Assembly (NCBI GenBank): GCA_051362555.1
Contig: CM120640.1
Span: forward strand, 15,562,001 to 15,626,000
From: Lingula anatina
Taxonomy: Eukaryota; Animalia; Brachiopoda
Direction of reading: 5' to 3'
DNA: 64,000 nt
The notes under the pieces are model-generated. The model was not told where the DNA came from. It ran no database searches and saw only the letters and a program-made list of their open reading frames with translations. Each line of letters begins with the position of its first letter. Position 1 is the stretch's first letter. Positions 36,609-48,790 of this stretch are shown one piece after another. Made by a program: the position numbers and the translations under genes.

Positions 36609-39260
36609 TGGGGGGAAAAGGCGATAAGGACTGTAGTGGAGCACTATGGTGTAAGCAGACATGACCCTGCATCAAAGGAGTTTTTATAGAATGAGAGGGA
36701 CAGATATGAACAGATTCTTAGTATCTGTGATATATACATATATATAGATATACACACACACATGTATCATACTTGACCATTAGTACTTAATTTTATGTCG
36801 AGACTTACCCGACGGAAGTCTTGTGTTGAAATGCCAAACATTGTATGTTCTTAGACCCTTTTGTAGTGAGTTCCTATTTATACCTCTTGACAATTCATAT
36901 AACATATGAACCTCTGTAAATAGTAGAGAAGAATCGCAGATAAATCAACTATATATCTCATTATGTCCTCTGTTCTATAAGCAGTCATATTTTATTTTGA
37001 AAAGAAATGAACATGTCATGGCCTGGGTGACAATTAATTAAGTTGGAATGGAAACCGGTGAACAAGGCTCAGTTTCCAATGAAAGGTTTACTTAATGTTT
37101 TTTGCATATTTGACTTGGCTAGGGCCATTGGAAATAAAAAAAATGCCTGTTAGCCTTTGGCAGAAGTGACATGGTATGGCTTTACCTGAACTTTTGAAGT
37201 GCTCAACTTGTAGACTTTTAAGAATTATAGTGTGGTTAGTGACTGAATTGTATTTATTAATGTAGTCTACTTAATTCTTAACCAAATTATATTGTTAATC
37301 TTGTATAGTGTTAACTTTTTCATGTAAAATGAACCTGTAATGCATTACAAAGCCATTGCTGATCTTACTCATTGTTAACATATAGACCTCTCTACTATCA
37401 CAACTATCAGTTGTTATTATCATATATTGTAAGCAATAACAAATTACGATAAATTTTAAAAAGAGAGTAATCACATCACTTGTATACATTAGGGTGTTTA
37501 TTTTTATATTTATGAAAGGATTGTTGTACAAAACATTAAACGTGTAGTCCTTGAATCTCAGATGTAAAAGTCTGATACAGCAAGGGGATTCTTGAGCATA
37601 GAAGCGTAGTCATTGTTCAAATTCATAGGCACCACTGATTTTTTGATGATCAGTTTAATGTTTACACATTAAGTATATGTATATAATTATGTCCTTTGGC
37701 AAATCGAGTTACATTTATGTAGAGTAGTTGTAAGTCATCCTTGTAGTTTTTAATCATCCTTCAGTGTTTTATGAATCAAGGCAGCTTGGGCAGCATTTTT
37801 TACAGGCATTCTGATCATGAACAGGTATGTTTTGTACTACTATTATTAAATCTTTTGGCTTGATAATTTAACTAGGACTGTTAAAGTTGTTTGTGAAATG
37901 TAATACTAAAATGAATGATAAAACATCATTTAGCATCTAAGGGAATCCCATTAAAATCATTATGACCACATTTGGGTGTGTGTATTAATATGCTGTGCTG
38001 ACTGGCTTATAAGAATCGACTGTACTATTTAGATTGGAATGAAATTTGAACAGCTTGCTTTAGCATACATAGCATTACTACACAGTGCATTTAAATCTCA
38101 TTCCACCCTTATGCCCTTGCTCAGTGCAGATTTTGATATACAAATAACCAAGTCCAGGTGTCCGTTTTGGTCTTAATTCATTTTATTGCACTCTTAGGTT
38201 TTTTATATATTGGTTGATATATTTGTAGTGAGCTGTTTGTTTCAGAGGAATGTTTTTTGGAGCATTTTACTTTTGTAGACTTTGCTATACAAACCACATT
38301 TTAACCTCTGTTTAGTTTTAAACACACAATAAGGTATCCAATTGTTTTTCTTGCATGACACTTTTTAAAGGTCATCACACACACACATAAAAAAGTTTCA
38401 ATATTTAAAGCGAGATACTTTTTCCTGGTTTGAATAGTTTTCCTATGGTATGAACCAGGAAACTTGTGGCATGCATATTGTCACCTTAGTTATGGAAAAG
38501 ACTTTCATGCTTTTTATCATCAAAGTGTGTTCAGAAAATGATCATTTGTTGAGAAAAAAAAACTGTGCTAGTTACCAAGATGTAAAAACTAGTCCCACCA
38601 GTAGATTTATGCATACAGTGGTCCACCTGTTACAAATTATATGTATTTAGGAATTAACTGTTTTGAAGTGGGTTGATCTGATGAATTGTGCAGGATCCTC
38701 CAGGAAAAAAAAGCTAAATGGCAATAAACTGCTTCTACGGCAATATTTGTTCTTTTTTGTTTTTAATTAAGCTTTTTATACTGTTGGTGACAAAATTATC
38801 TAAATCTTTTAAGCAGGCCATCTGAGACGCACATAAAACTTGAAATAATGTGTTAAAAAAACCAAAAGAAAAAAAAAACGTTGGAAACTGTATATGTTGA
38901 GAATCTGCATGGTGTTAAATTGGGGAAATCCAGATTGCATTCATGTGAAATTTTACTGCGTGTTTTGCAAAGTTCAAAAAAACAATATCCAATCCAAGCT
39001 AAGAATCCACAACTCTTGTAATTTTACCCTGATTAAAAACTACAAAATATTACACAAAGACCTATACTAAAAAAAATCCAAGAAGTATTGTTAAAGCAAT
39101 TCATGATGAAAGGAGATAAAAATTCACTTGTGTAAAAAAATACCATAACGAAAAAATAAATAAATAGAAATGACTAGATTACCAACAATTAAAATATTTC
39201 AAAACTTGTAAATCAAGTGTCCAAAATAATAGAACTGACATTGTACTTGGGGAAAAAATG

Positions 39261-42200
39261 TTAGTATTTCCTACATTTCACATTCACATGACTCGAAACT
39301 CTCCCTTCTGGAAAATGTGTGTGAAAAAATCGCCCACAGTCTCTGTAATGCTGCCTTGTTAAGAACACGTCCAGTTTCTGGTGCAACTCGCTGAACATCA
39401 CAACATGGGTGGGTAAAGAGGAGTTTTTGTCAAGATATTCTGTTTTCCACCACTCCTTCGGGTTCTGATAAAATATATCGGCTTCATCAAGGTAGTTGGG
39501 AATGTTTTGCAGGTTGGGCTCACAGGTGAGAAAATTCAAGGTCACATTTACATGTATGTAGCTGAAATAGAAACAAAACCGTTTTTTTTTCAGCTTCACA
39601 TGAATAAATAAAAAAATAAGGTTGCCATTTACAAGACATCTTAAAACACCCAATAATTTTTGTCTTATTCCTAAATGTTTTAAACAAGAAGATTGTAGCG
39701 GAGATACAAACTTTCAATCAACATACCTAATAAAAAATAAAAAAAAAAATACAAATAATTATATCTCTGTTAATCACATACAACTCTTACCTGTAGAATG
39801 GTGTGGAATGACAGGGCATCAAGAATAGGGCATCCAGGTGGTCCACTTTTCTGGAGGAATCATACACAAACTTCATAACATCCATAGTTCCTTTCTGGTG
39901 TATCAGGCCAGTGTACAGGGCTATAGGCAGATTAAAGACCAACAGGAATAAAGTGATTGCCTTAGCAATGTGAGCTCTGGTGGGGCCTTTTTTGTGAGTA
40001 TCACTACCAAGCTTTGCTGGTTCCTCCTCTGAGTATGGCTCTACAGAATTTGCACCATTCTTTTCAGAATCTTTGCATACATGTTTATCATCTATCGATT
40101 TTACTTCATCTCCAGAAGTTTCTGGTCTGGTTTTTCCCACAGATTCCTCTTTGTTAGATTTTTCTGCTCTCTCCTCCTCTTCCTTCCTCAGTTTGCTTCC
40201 CATTCCAATATCACTATCATCCCTACTACTATATCCTGTACTGCTATATCCAGTACTAGTGTCTTCCATTACTGCAGCAGTCCCACCCTCATTCTCCCCT
40301 ATTGATAAATCAGATACATCTTTGGCAAGAAAAGAATTGGGATCCATTTTTGCTTTTTCTGCAGCTTCTTTATTTGCCGGCACTTTCACCTTCTTTTTCT
40401 TTTCTTTTCGAGATTTAAGCACCACTGGCAGGCAGAGCTGGTGCAGGCATATTCCACAATAGTGCATAGCAAGGGGTAATACTGGATAGATGAACCGGAA
40501 CTCCTTGTGGGAAAGGAAGCTGAAAGACCAATAAATCATTTATTGAAAGAGCACACTGCCATTGTGAACACTCAATGTAACCACATCCAAGTTTTGAAAA
40601 GAGAAAATAAAAATGACAAACTAAAGTCCAAAACTGAAAATCTGTCAAATGATCCACAGATGTTTGTTTTGTGAAAAAAATTGCTACTGTACATCAAAAT
40701 AAAAAAAAATTTCCATAAAATGACAAAGTTTACTTACCTATAAATAATTAATGCCCAGAGTAACAAATAAAACAGTCGTTTATCTCTGGCCTTCCATACC
40801 CCTATCACAAAAGGTACAATATGTGGTCCAATAATGGCAGGAAACCCTTGAGTGAAGTACCAATGAAAGGGATGAGAGCCATAGAAGGACCCCATATTGT
40901 TAATGACATTAAACTGGAGAAAATTGTATTGCACCATAGTCCACTTGCCGTAGAAGTTGCCATCTATCAAAAGAGACAAGCCTAGACCACAGACCCTGAA
41001 ACAACCCATAATATAAGAACAGGTTTACATGTATTTAAATGACCTGATTTCAAAGATAACCTGCATGTAAACTTTTAAAACATCATACTTGGTACTTTTT
41101 GCAATGATCAATGCATGTGGTTTTAAATACACTTCAGCTGCCCTAACTCACTAATTTACTTCTGCTTGGTTAGGGCAGCAAAAAATTAACTGTCCACCAT
41201 TTCCCCGACACCTACCCCACTAATATGTAGGTTTTCAAAACATTAACTAGAGATTGTTGTTTCCTCCACAGATGCCAGGCAACCATGGGCACCCACATGA
41301 TGGCAGCAGTTGGGCGGATGATCACTGCTGCTACCACCAAGCTCACAAACTTCCATAATGGTGGACTGAAGAAAAAAAAGTGATCAGAACACTACAGACA
41401 GTAATGAAGTACTGTGCTATTATGCCACTCTTATATACTGATGTACGTATTTTACTCAAACAATATGACTAGAATGTCACATAAAATCTAAGCAGGCCTC
41501 ATTTCAATGTCTAGTCGTTTAACTTGTTAAACTTGCACAGCAAAATTTGCATTTCCGTTCATTTTAAAATATAAATTTCAATATCCCGATAAAACATCCT
41601 TTAAAATCTCAGTTTGCATTTTGAAATTAATCCTTTTTATATTTCCACCTTTATTCCCATAAAATCCTAAAATAATCCACTGAATCCTTAGAGAAAACAG
41701 ACTCCTACCTTATTCGCCCGGGCCATGGGTAGTGGGACAATGCCACAGTGGTCAGTACAGCCTCGGCAGAGTTGGTCAGGGTACGAGTACAGCAGTAAAA
41801 TGTGAACCAGGACAAGAGTTGTGACAGCAGAGCCCACTGTGCTGTGGCTTTATCACACAGATGATTGGAAAGTTTGAACAGATGGTAGTCACCAATGGCA
41901 GCAAATACAGCTTGTAGTAACCTGGGGAGCTTTATCTAGAAGTAGTGCAACATGAACTCCAAACATCAATAATGTTAGGGTAATTTTCTACAGCATTATT
42001 ACATGTGTACTTTTAACAAGAGATGGATACCATTATATTTAATCCTGAAAACGTCACTTGCAACATCATTGTACTATGCTACACAGATGGTGAGAGATTA
42101 GTACAGAAAGCTGTTTTTTACATGTATGTATCAGGCTGAATGCATACTTACTAAGAGCGACCTATGGTCCAAATGAAAGAGTACCAAAACTTTGTACAAA

Positions 42201-43039
42201 GCAGCAAAGATGAGTGGGTAAGTGTAGCCTCGCAGACCTTCCTTCCATTCCCAAGTCAAGAGACCATAAGTATAATGTCAAGGAGAACCAACTCAATTCA
42301 AAGACTTATTTGAAAATAAATGTGCACCTCTGCCCAAACTGACACAACCAATACCACATCCCAATTTTGCTGTAATTTGTAACATACAATAAACTGCTTA
42401 CATCAAAGGGGCCAACACGAAAATCAAATTTTGGAAAATCACATTTGGAAACGTATTGAGATTACTCAACTTGAGATTCTGATTTCAATACTTGAATACA
42501 ATTTTTTTAAGGATATCCAAAGACCATGTTGTGTGCCACCTCCACTGACTGATAATATTCGTCAGGAACAAAGTACGTCTGCACCAGGGTCGCATTAAAT
42601 ATCCTGAACAGCAACAGACCTACAATGCAATATCATAATGAATTAAGTAGCTGTTACTTGCAGTGATGCCTTACATCTCTAAAAATGTAGCACATAAACA
42701 TGACTTAATGTTTTTACTTTTATTTACTAAACAAATCCAATATAAGTCTTACTCAACTTGCTCTTTATCTTGTTATGTTTTTAATTTTTTTTTATAAATT
42801 TGAGTAGCATCTTTAATTTTCAAATGGCAAATACCTGTAAAAAGTGTTTTCTTAGAAGAAATAGCTCTCTGTAACATGGAGAATGTCCTTGGGCCATCAG
42901 CTAATGGGAGCTCACTGATTTCTTCTTCTTCAACAATAGTGGAAACAATTCTTTTTACTGGTGGAGCAGAACTGTCATGGTCACCTCTTGTTTTCCTCCT
43001 TTTTCGCAGAGTGGATATACTGTTACCTGGCTTCCCCAT
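39261..43039 (-). CDS. PIGB: GPI mannosyltransferase 3; exons 43039-42835, 42619-42517, 42269-42152, 41935-41709, 41365-41216, 40995-40738, 40519-39791, 39561-39261
   Basis: [98 protein letters not shown]; phases consistent. Confidence 0.96.
42270..42516 (-). other. U12-type (minor spliceosome) AT-AC intron of PIGB
   Basis: 5' site ATATCCTT, branch site TTCTCCTTGAC just upstream of the terminal AC; removing it restores [12 protein letters not shown]. Confidence 0.93.
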
Positions 43040-45081
43040 CTCAAATATGTCATGGGAATATCTATTTGGCCAAAGAGAATACACTATTATTACTTATTTG
43101 TGGAAATGATAATTAGGTCAACTTAATTGCCAGTGCATTGTAACACTTTTTAATTTCTTATATATTCACTAAGTACTACATGATGTATGAAGGACAACCG
43201 TACAGAAAATATGAAATAAGGAATGCTAAAAAAAGTCTCAATAGACACCCTTTGCATGTCACATCATTTGCCACATTGACTAGGTACAATTAATCATATG
43301 TCCAGTTCTAACTCTATTTATTTATTCATTTATTTATTTATTTATTATCACTTCAAGTGTGAAAGGCATATAAGATTACAAGCATAAAAAAACACACATA
43401 ATTTACATAATAAAACCATTCTAATAATATACATAATAAAATCATTCTAAAATATGGTCAGGTTAAAATAACGATACTGTTGATATAGTGACACCATGAC
43501 CACACTTATGAATAGCTTATGCTTGTAAAATGTATGAGATCTGGGGCCAAGGCCCATAAAATGTGTGATTTGTTTGTTTTGTAGTTTGTCGATGATGTTT
43601 AGATGCACGGATGTAGTGCCTAAGGTATTAAGACCATAAGATCTAGAGCACAAAAGGTCTAAAAATATAATTATGTAATTATAATTATATAATATAATAA
43701 TTTTATTTAAAAAAAAATTCCTGTTCAGAACATATTGCTATGTTCAAAGCAACTGTTAATGATCTTTTTTGTGCAAAAAAAAAACAATTATAATGAGTAT
43801 ATGCCTTGGGATCAATGCCAAAATCGATAAAGCATCCCCTACATAATGAACAAATTTCATGTTGAAATAACATGACAGGTAAAGCAAAGAGGACCAGAAA
43901 ATCAATAGTTGAAGCAATATTGAAGACAGGTATAAATTATTTCATGCTGATTAATACTGTGGACGTTTAAAATACAATTTTCTGCTAACAGTTATATAAT
44001 TTCAGTAGAAAGTGAATTAAGGCATGTTTACAAAGTGGAGAGCAAAGCCAAAGAAATCAATAAGCTTGTTTATTGCAATACATCTTCATGTGAAAGTGGT
44101 TTTTCATTATCTTAAACTGCACCTCAATTGTTAGAGTACTTACCAAACTTTCACTTCATTCTCTGCGCTTTAACGTTTGAATAATTTTGCGAAATGAGAT
44201 AAATATCTTTTCAAACGTTGAGACCTGTCCATTTGTTTACAACAATTTCTACACAACAAAGAGCAAACGATTACATTCGATAGCAATCTCAAGAGGAGCC
44301 TAAACAGAGGTTTCAGTCAAAGTGTGTTTTGGCTCAGCCGTGAATTTACTAAAGTTAAAACTACTCACGCCATAAAAACTACTTATTTTGTTAGAAACAA
44401 CTATAAAGTATTTTGTATAATAAACAACAACAAATGTTGTCACAATAAACTAAAGTGAATATACTAAAAACGGTTATTATTAACACGTTTGTAAACTTGT
44501 AACTTGAAGAATAATGGAGTAATTTTATGACAAAAACTTTCTCAGTCACATCATTTGTGCCTGAGTTATAGTCAACATGTGTAAAAAAATCATTTGAACG
44601 ATTTTCATGTGTAGGATAATAAAACTTTTGTAAAATTGAAAATCTACAATGGGTTTGCAGAAATAAGTAGCCTATGGCTGTTCCTTGGCTTTGTGGGCAA
44701 TCTTTCAGATTTTCCGTCCTTGAACTGCCCAATTTTCCTACAGGTTTTGGTATGTTCCACGTGAAGAAGTTTGTATCAAAGTTTCACTCTCCTGGATCCA
44801 TGATTAAAAAAAATAATTCATCGTGTAGCCCCAAAAAGGAAAATACATTACTATCACAAATGCAAAACGTCCAGCTGTGAAACGTTTTACTCACTTTGAA
44901 AATTCAATCATCACTGGTTTTGTCCTTTGATTTATCTCCTACAAGTATAACGTTGTAAAAAATTTTGATAATCTTCTGTATAAAGCAGTTTATTGTTTTT
45001 GATTGACTTTGCTTGCCACTGAATATTTAAAGAACGGGGGAAATACACCCTACCGACAGGAAAATAGGGCCTAGGCATTAA

Positions 45082-45453
45082 AGATGCATACAAAGTCAAT
45101 TTTTTGTCTCAAAACCGACCGAATGCCAGCACATAGTTTCAAGTAGTATAACTAAGAGAATTACCAAAAGGCATTGTTTAATTTTGCCTGAAAATAATGT
45201 TTGAACGGATTTTTCTGCTAGCATTCTATGCTGTATGTCAATGGGGCAGAAAAGTAGGTCACGAAAGTAGGTTAAATTTCCGACCAAAAATTTGAAGAAA
45301 GGAGCAGTCTAAAGCTCTTTTATGACTGACCGAGTGATCTGTTTAGTCCCTTGGCATGTCGAATTTATTTGAGTCGTATAAGAAATTAGTAGAAGTGGTT
45401 TACATGTGTTACTGGGAATCCACGCTCAACTGATGCTCGGTTCATATGTACCT
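45082..45453. mobile_element. Non-autonomous element with TTAA TSD and AG...CT ends (Kolobok-like), block A only
   Basis: TTAA at 45078-45081 and 45454-45457; imperfect TIR AGATGCATA / TATGTACCT; empty site near 58749-58752. Confidence 0.8.
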
Positions 45454-46292
45454 TTAAATAAACTATTTTCCACCCGTGATCCAAATATTATATCAGAAAT
45501 GTCAAACTATCATGGAATCACAACATATTTTTCGGTCAACAACAGAAAACACTGTTTTCTATTGCACTAAGTACTTGGACAAAATGCAGTGGCGGATTTA
45601 GGGGGGGGGGGGGTGTCAGTGGGGTCCTGACCCACCCTTCTATTTCTGAAAAAAATCACACCAATGGTCCCCTCGTGAAAATAAAGGTTTGACTAACTGA
45701 ATCATAGTACTTAACCGTGACAAATGGCACCATTCGCCCTCTAAAATACTAAATATTTTCGGGATCCTCTAGTGGGAGGGGGGGGGGGGGTCGGCTTTGC
45801 ATCTGACAATTTTTCTGGGGAACATACGTTACGTAGTATTAGCCATGACGCAAAGCCCTTGAGTTACAGTTTAAATATTTATAAAAACATCCTTACGTCA
45901 TGTATAATATACCATGACTGAAACACTACAAGATGTATCGGAACGCGGTATAAAAATTAAAATTAAATGGCCATACGTTACCATATGTTACCGGAACGTA
46001 AGGTAACCATTTAGGGTTCAATGTAAAGACATGGTAAAAATTAAAAATTAAATTAAAATTAAGACAGACGTGGATTTTTGTTTTGTACACGTATATGTTT
46101 TAAAATATGAACACAACTTTGAATTCATTCAGTTTTATTTTTTGGACACTTCAGCATGTGAAATGCACCTCTATTTGGGTTTGGGTGCTACTGTATACGT
46201 TTCGCAGCTAACTTGAAAGTGCATGTGCTTGTCAGTTACTTATTTAATTATTAATCAATTAATTAATTAATTCATTCATTATTCTTTTTACA

Positions 46293-46297
46293 ACAAC

Positions 46298-46369
<72 letters not shown>
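46293..46369. repeat. (AAT)n directly followed by (TTA)n, a self-complementary microsatellite
   Basis: Direct reading. Confidence 0.9.
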
Positions 46370-46698
46370 CATGTCCTCATGATTGACCCCTCTAAATCTT
46401 GATCATGAAGGTTATGCACACATCATCCTATTTTTAATAGATCGAAAAACAGCTGTGCGCTTTTCAATCGCTTGTAAACACGTCTTTCTTCACATGCACG
46501 AAAAAAGCCTTTATTCTACCTGTATGCTCTCCATTATTCTGCAGTCATATTGGGGGTTATTAACGCGGAAGTAAAATAAATATACCTGTGAGGAGATCGA
46601 AGCTGGATATGGGACACGCCAATGTATCTCAAGGTACAAAAATCAAGTTTTAAAAAGTAAGCTTTTATTTCAGATGATATAACTGATAATATATATAA

Positions 46699-47566
46699 AG
46701 CCTCGGTCACAACCGGACGCACGAATTTCAGGACCGTATGTCCCCTGCGATTTTTGGGAATTGCGGAGGCCGTGGACGTCGTAGAGGTACAGGAAAGACT
46801 GCCTTGCGAGTCGCAAGGGCCACATGAGATTTCCTTTCAAGCAGGGACGCTAATTGCAAGGAGCGATGGCCGTGGAAATTGTACTTGGAATTTCTTGAGT
46901 TTGTCTTGCTTCCTGTGTAGGCCCCTACGTGGCATACACTCACCACTCGTCGAAGGGAATGCAACGCACGGCGAAAGTAGTGCCCTTTTGCGTCAGTTTT
47001 GCTTCACACTTGCCTCACACGTTTGTGGTGACGTACTGACGACGTACGTCAGTTTTGCTTCCTGTTCTCCTCTTCTTTCTTCTTCCTCCTCCCCTTTTCT
47101 ACTATGTAAGCTTCTTTCTCTTGCCTTTTTGAGGCATATTAGAAACTTAATTGAGGAAAATTTAAAATTTTGAAAATTGTTGTACACGTTACACAGTCGA
47201 CGTTCACTGTAAAGACATGAGCGTGCGTCGTGAACACCAGGCGTGGAGGTGACGCACGTGCGTCGCATTCCCGGTGTGCTCTCGACTATGTTCGTTAGTT
47301 TTGAGGGCGTGCGCCTTACTCAACACGCACAACGCGCGTCTCTCTTGCTAACTCCGTGCGAGGGGAACAAGTTACGCTTGCGGCCTCGCTGTTCGCAGGC
47401 TATTCGTAGAATCTTTTGGACATGTCCAACATCCTCCGTACGTGCTTACGGGCTGTCTGCGAACTCCAAATTTCGTAAGAAGGACTTGCGTGGGACGTGA
47501 GATTCTGCACAAAATTTGGACGCAAACAGCCCGTAAGAGCCCGTGCGGCCGGTTGTGACCGAGGCT
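46699..47566. mobile_element. PIF/Harbinger-type non-autonomous element, TAA TSD, block A only
   Basis: TIR AGCCTCGGTCACAACCGG / CCGGTTGTGACCGAGGCT; TAA at 46696-46698 and 47567-47569; empty site ATATATAA|CAGATAAT at 60833-60848; locally GC-rich. Confidence 0.92.
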
Positions 47567-47659
47567 TAACAGATAATATTGCTACTATGCTAGCCGATGT
47601 AAATAACAGAACGCCGTTTTAATCACAATGAATGGTTAAGTACAAATAATGTATATTTA

Positions 47660-47839
47660 CAGGCCCGTAGGCAACTCTTTCAAAGAGGGGGATCTTTTTC
47701 TGAAAAAGTGGACCTTTTACAATGAAACCTCCGTGTACTTAGATAAAATTGTACCTATAGAGGAGACCTTTGCTCAACAAAAAATGGGGTTCTTTCGACC
47801 CCCCCCCCCCCCTGAACCCCCTCCCTGGCTACGGGCCTG
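47660..47839. mobile_element. Short hAT-like MITE (paralogous copy ~60923-61103)
   Basis: CAGGCCCGTAG ... CTACGGGCCTG ends with a subterminal C-rich tract; TSD not clear. Confidence 0.65.
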
Positions 47840-48041
47840 ATTTAGTCAAGTTGGATCGACACATCTCAGCTGTCTCTCATGACCAAAAGAAACACAATGG
47901 GTAGCCGAGCTAGCGGCGACTTACCTCAACCTAAGATCCAAAATATTTTGGATCCTAGCCTCAACAGCATTAGCAGTGAACGGTCAGATGGGTCGTTCTT
48001 AAACAGGCCGACCCACTTTGGCTGGAAACGTAGCATTAGTC

Positions 48042-48324
48042 CTAGGTCGCATTCAGAACAGATGATTCTACGATCTACTGGTCCGAGGATCAAATATGGC
48101 GGCCCTACATGAAAGCAAAACCGCCTAATCCTTTAATGGTCTCCCCGCCTTCACACGGATTACATTTCGGCTTCGAGTTTAAATTGCTCGGTTCCAGCAG
48201 GGAAGGCGCGTGAGGAGACGGGTGGACCGTTTAGGGATTAGGAGGCCTTGCTTTCATGTAGGGCCCACCATACTGAACCGCAGAATAGTAGATCAGAGGA
48301 TCATCTGTTGTGAATGCGACCCTA
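48042..48324. mobile_element. Palindromic MITE (paralogous copy ~61268-61519; diverged relative at ~57560-57760)
   Basis: GGTCGCATTCAGAACAGATGAT..GGCCCTACATGAAAGCAA is the inverse of TTGCTTTCATGTAGGGCC..ATCATCTGTTGTGAATGCGACC. Confidence 0.75.
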
Positions 48325-48790
48325 GAGTGTTCTTATGGCGCTATATTGTTTACAAGCTTTAAGTATTTGCTCAATTATAATTTATGACACGAAGCTCAAA
48401 GGATAACTTGCCGCTAAATAAAATTATGTCCATGTACATAACACAGGACGGTTTTTATGAAGAACGATCTTGATACTGTTCAATATCTAAAACATGAACA
48501 TTAAACCAAGCATGACTCCATTCAGATTTTCAAGGTCCGGCCTTTTCTGTTTTTATTTGAGTGCATTTTGCCTTGGTTATCTTTTTTTCTTCCATTGTGT
48601 ATAAGAAGCTTTCTTTGAAAAACACAAAATAAGCTTTGCAAGTACTGTTGAGCGGTAGACAGCCTAAACACGTAAAAACAAAACGCCCAGATGTTTTTTC
48701 TAATATGTACAGTACAGTTTTCTTGATTTTTTACAGTTTCCCCTACAACACTGATATCGTCCACGTTCGCTGTTGCCATCGGCTCCTACC

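Noticed and set aside
36609-39260. Possible RNA gene or antisense overlap between the convergent Cdc14 and PIGB 3' ends
   Set aside because: No recognisable structured RNA; poly(A) sites cannot be fixed from sequence (candidate AATAAA near 38723), so overlap is unsupported
40073-40462. 129-aa Ser-rich plus-strand ORF
   Set aside because: Antisense shadow of the low-complexity PIGB exon
46728-47500. Several ORFs of 78-139 aa
   Set aside because: All within the GC-rich Harbinger-type element; no transposase or Myb/SANT motif recognisable
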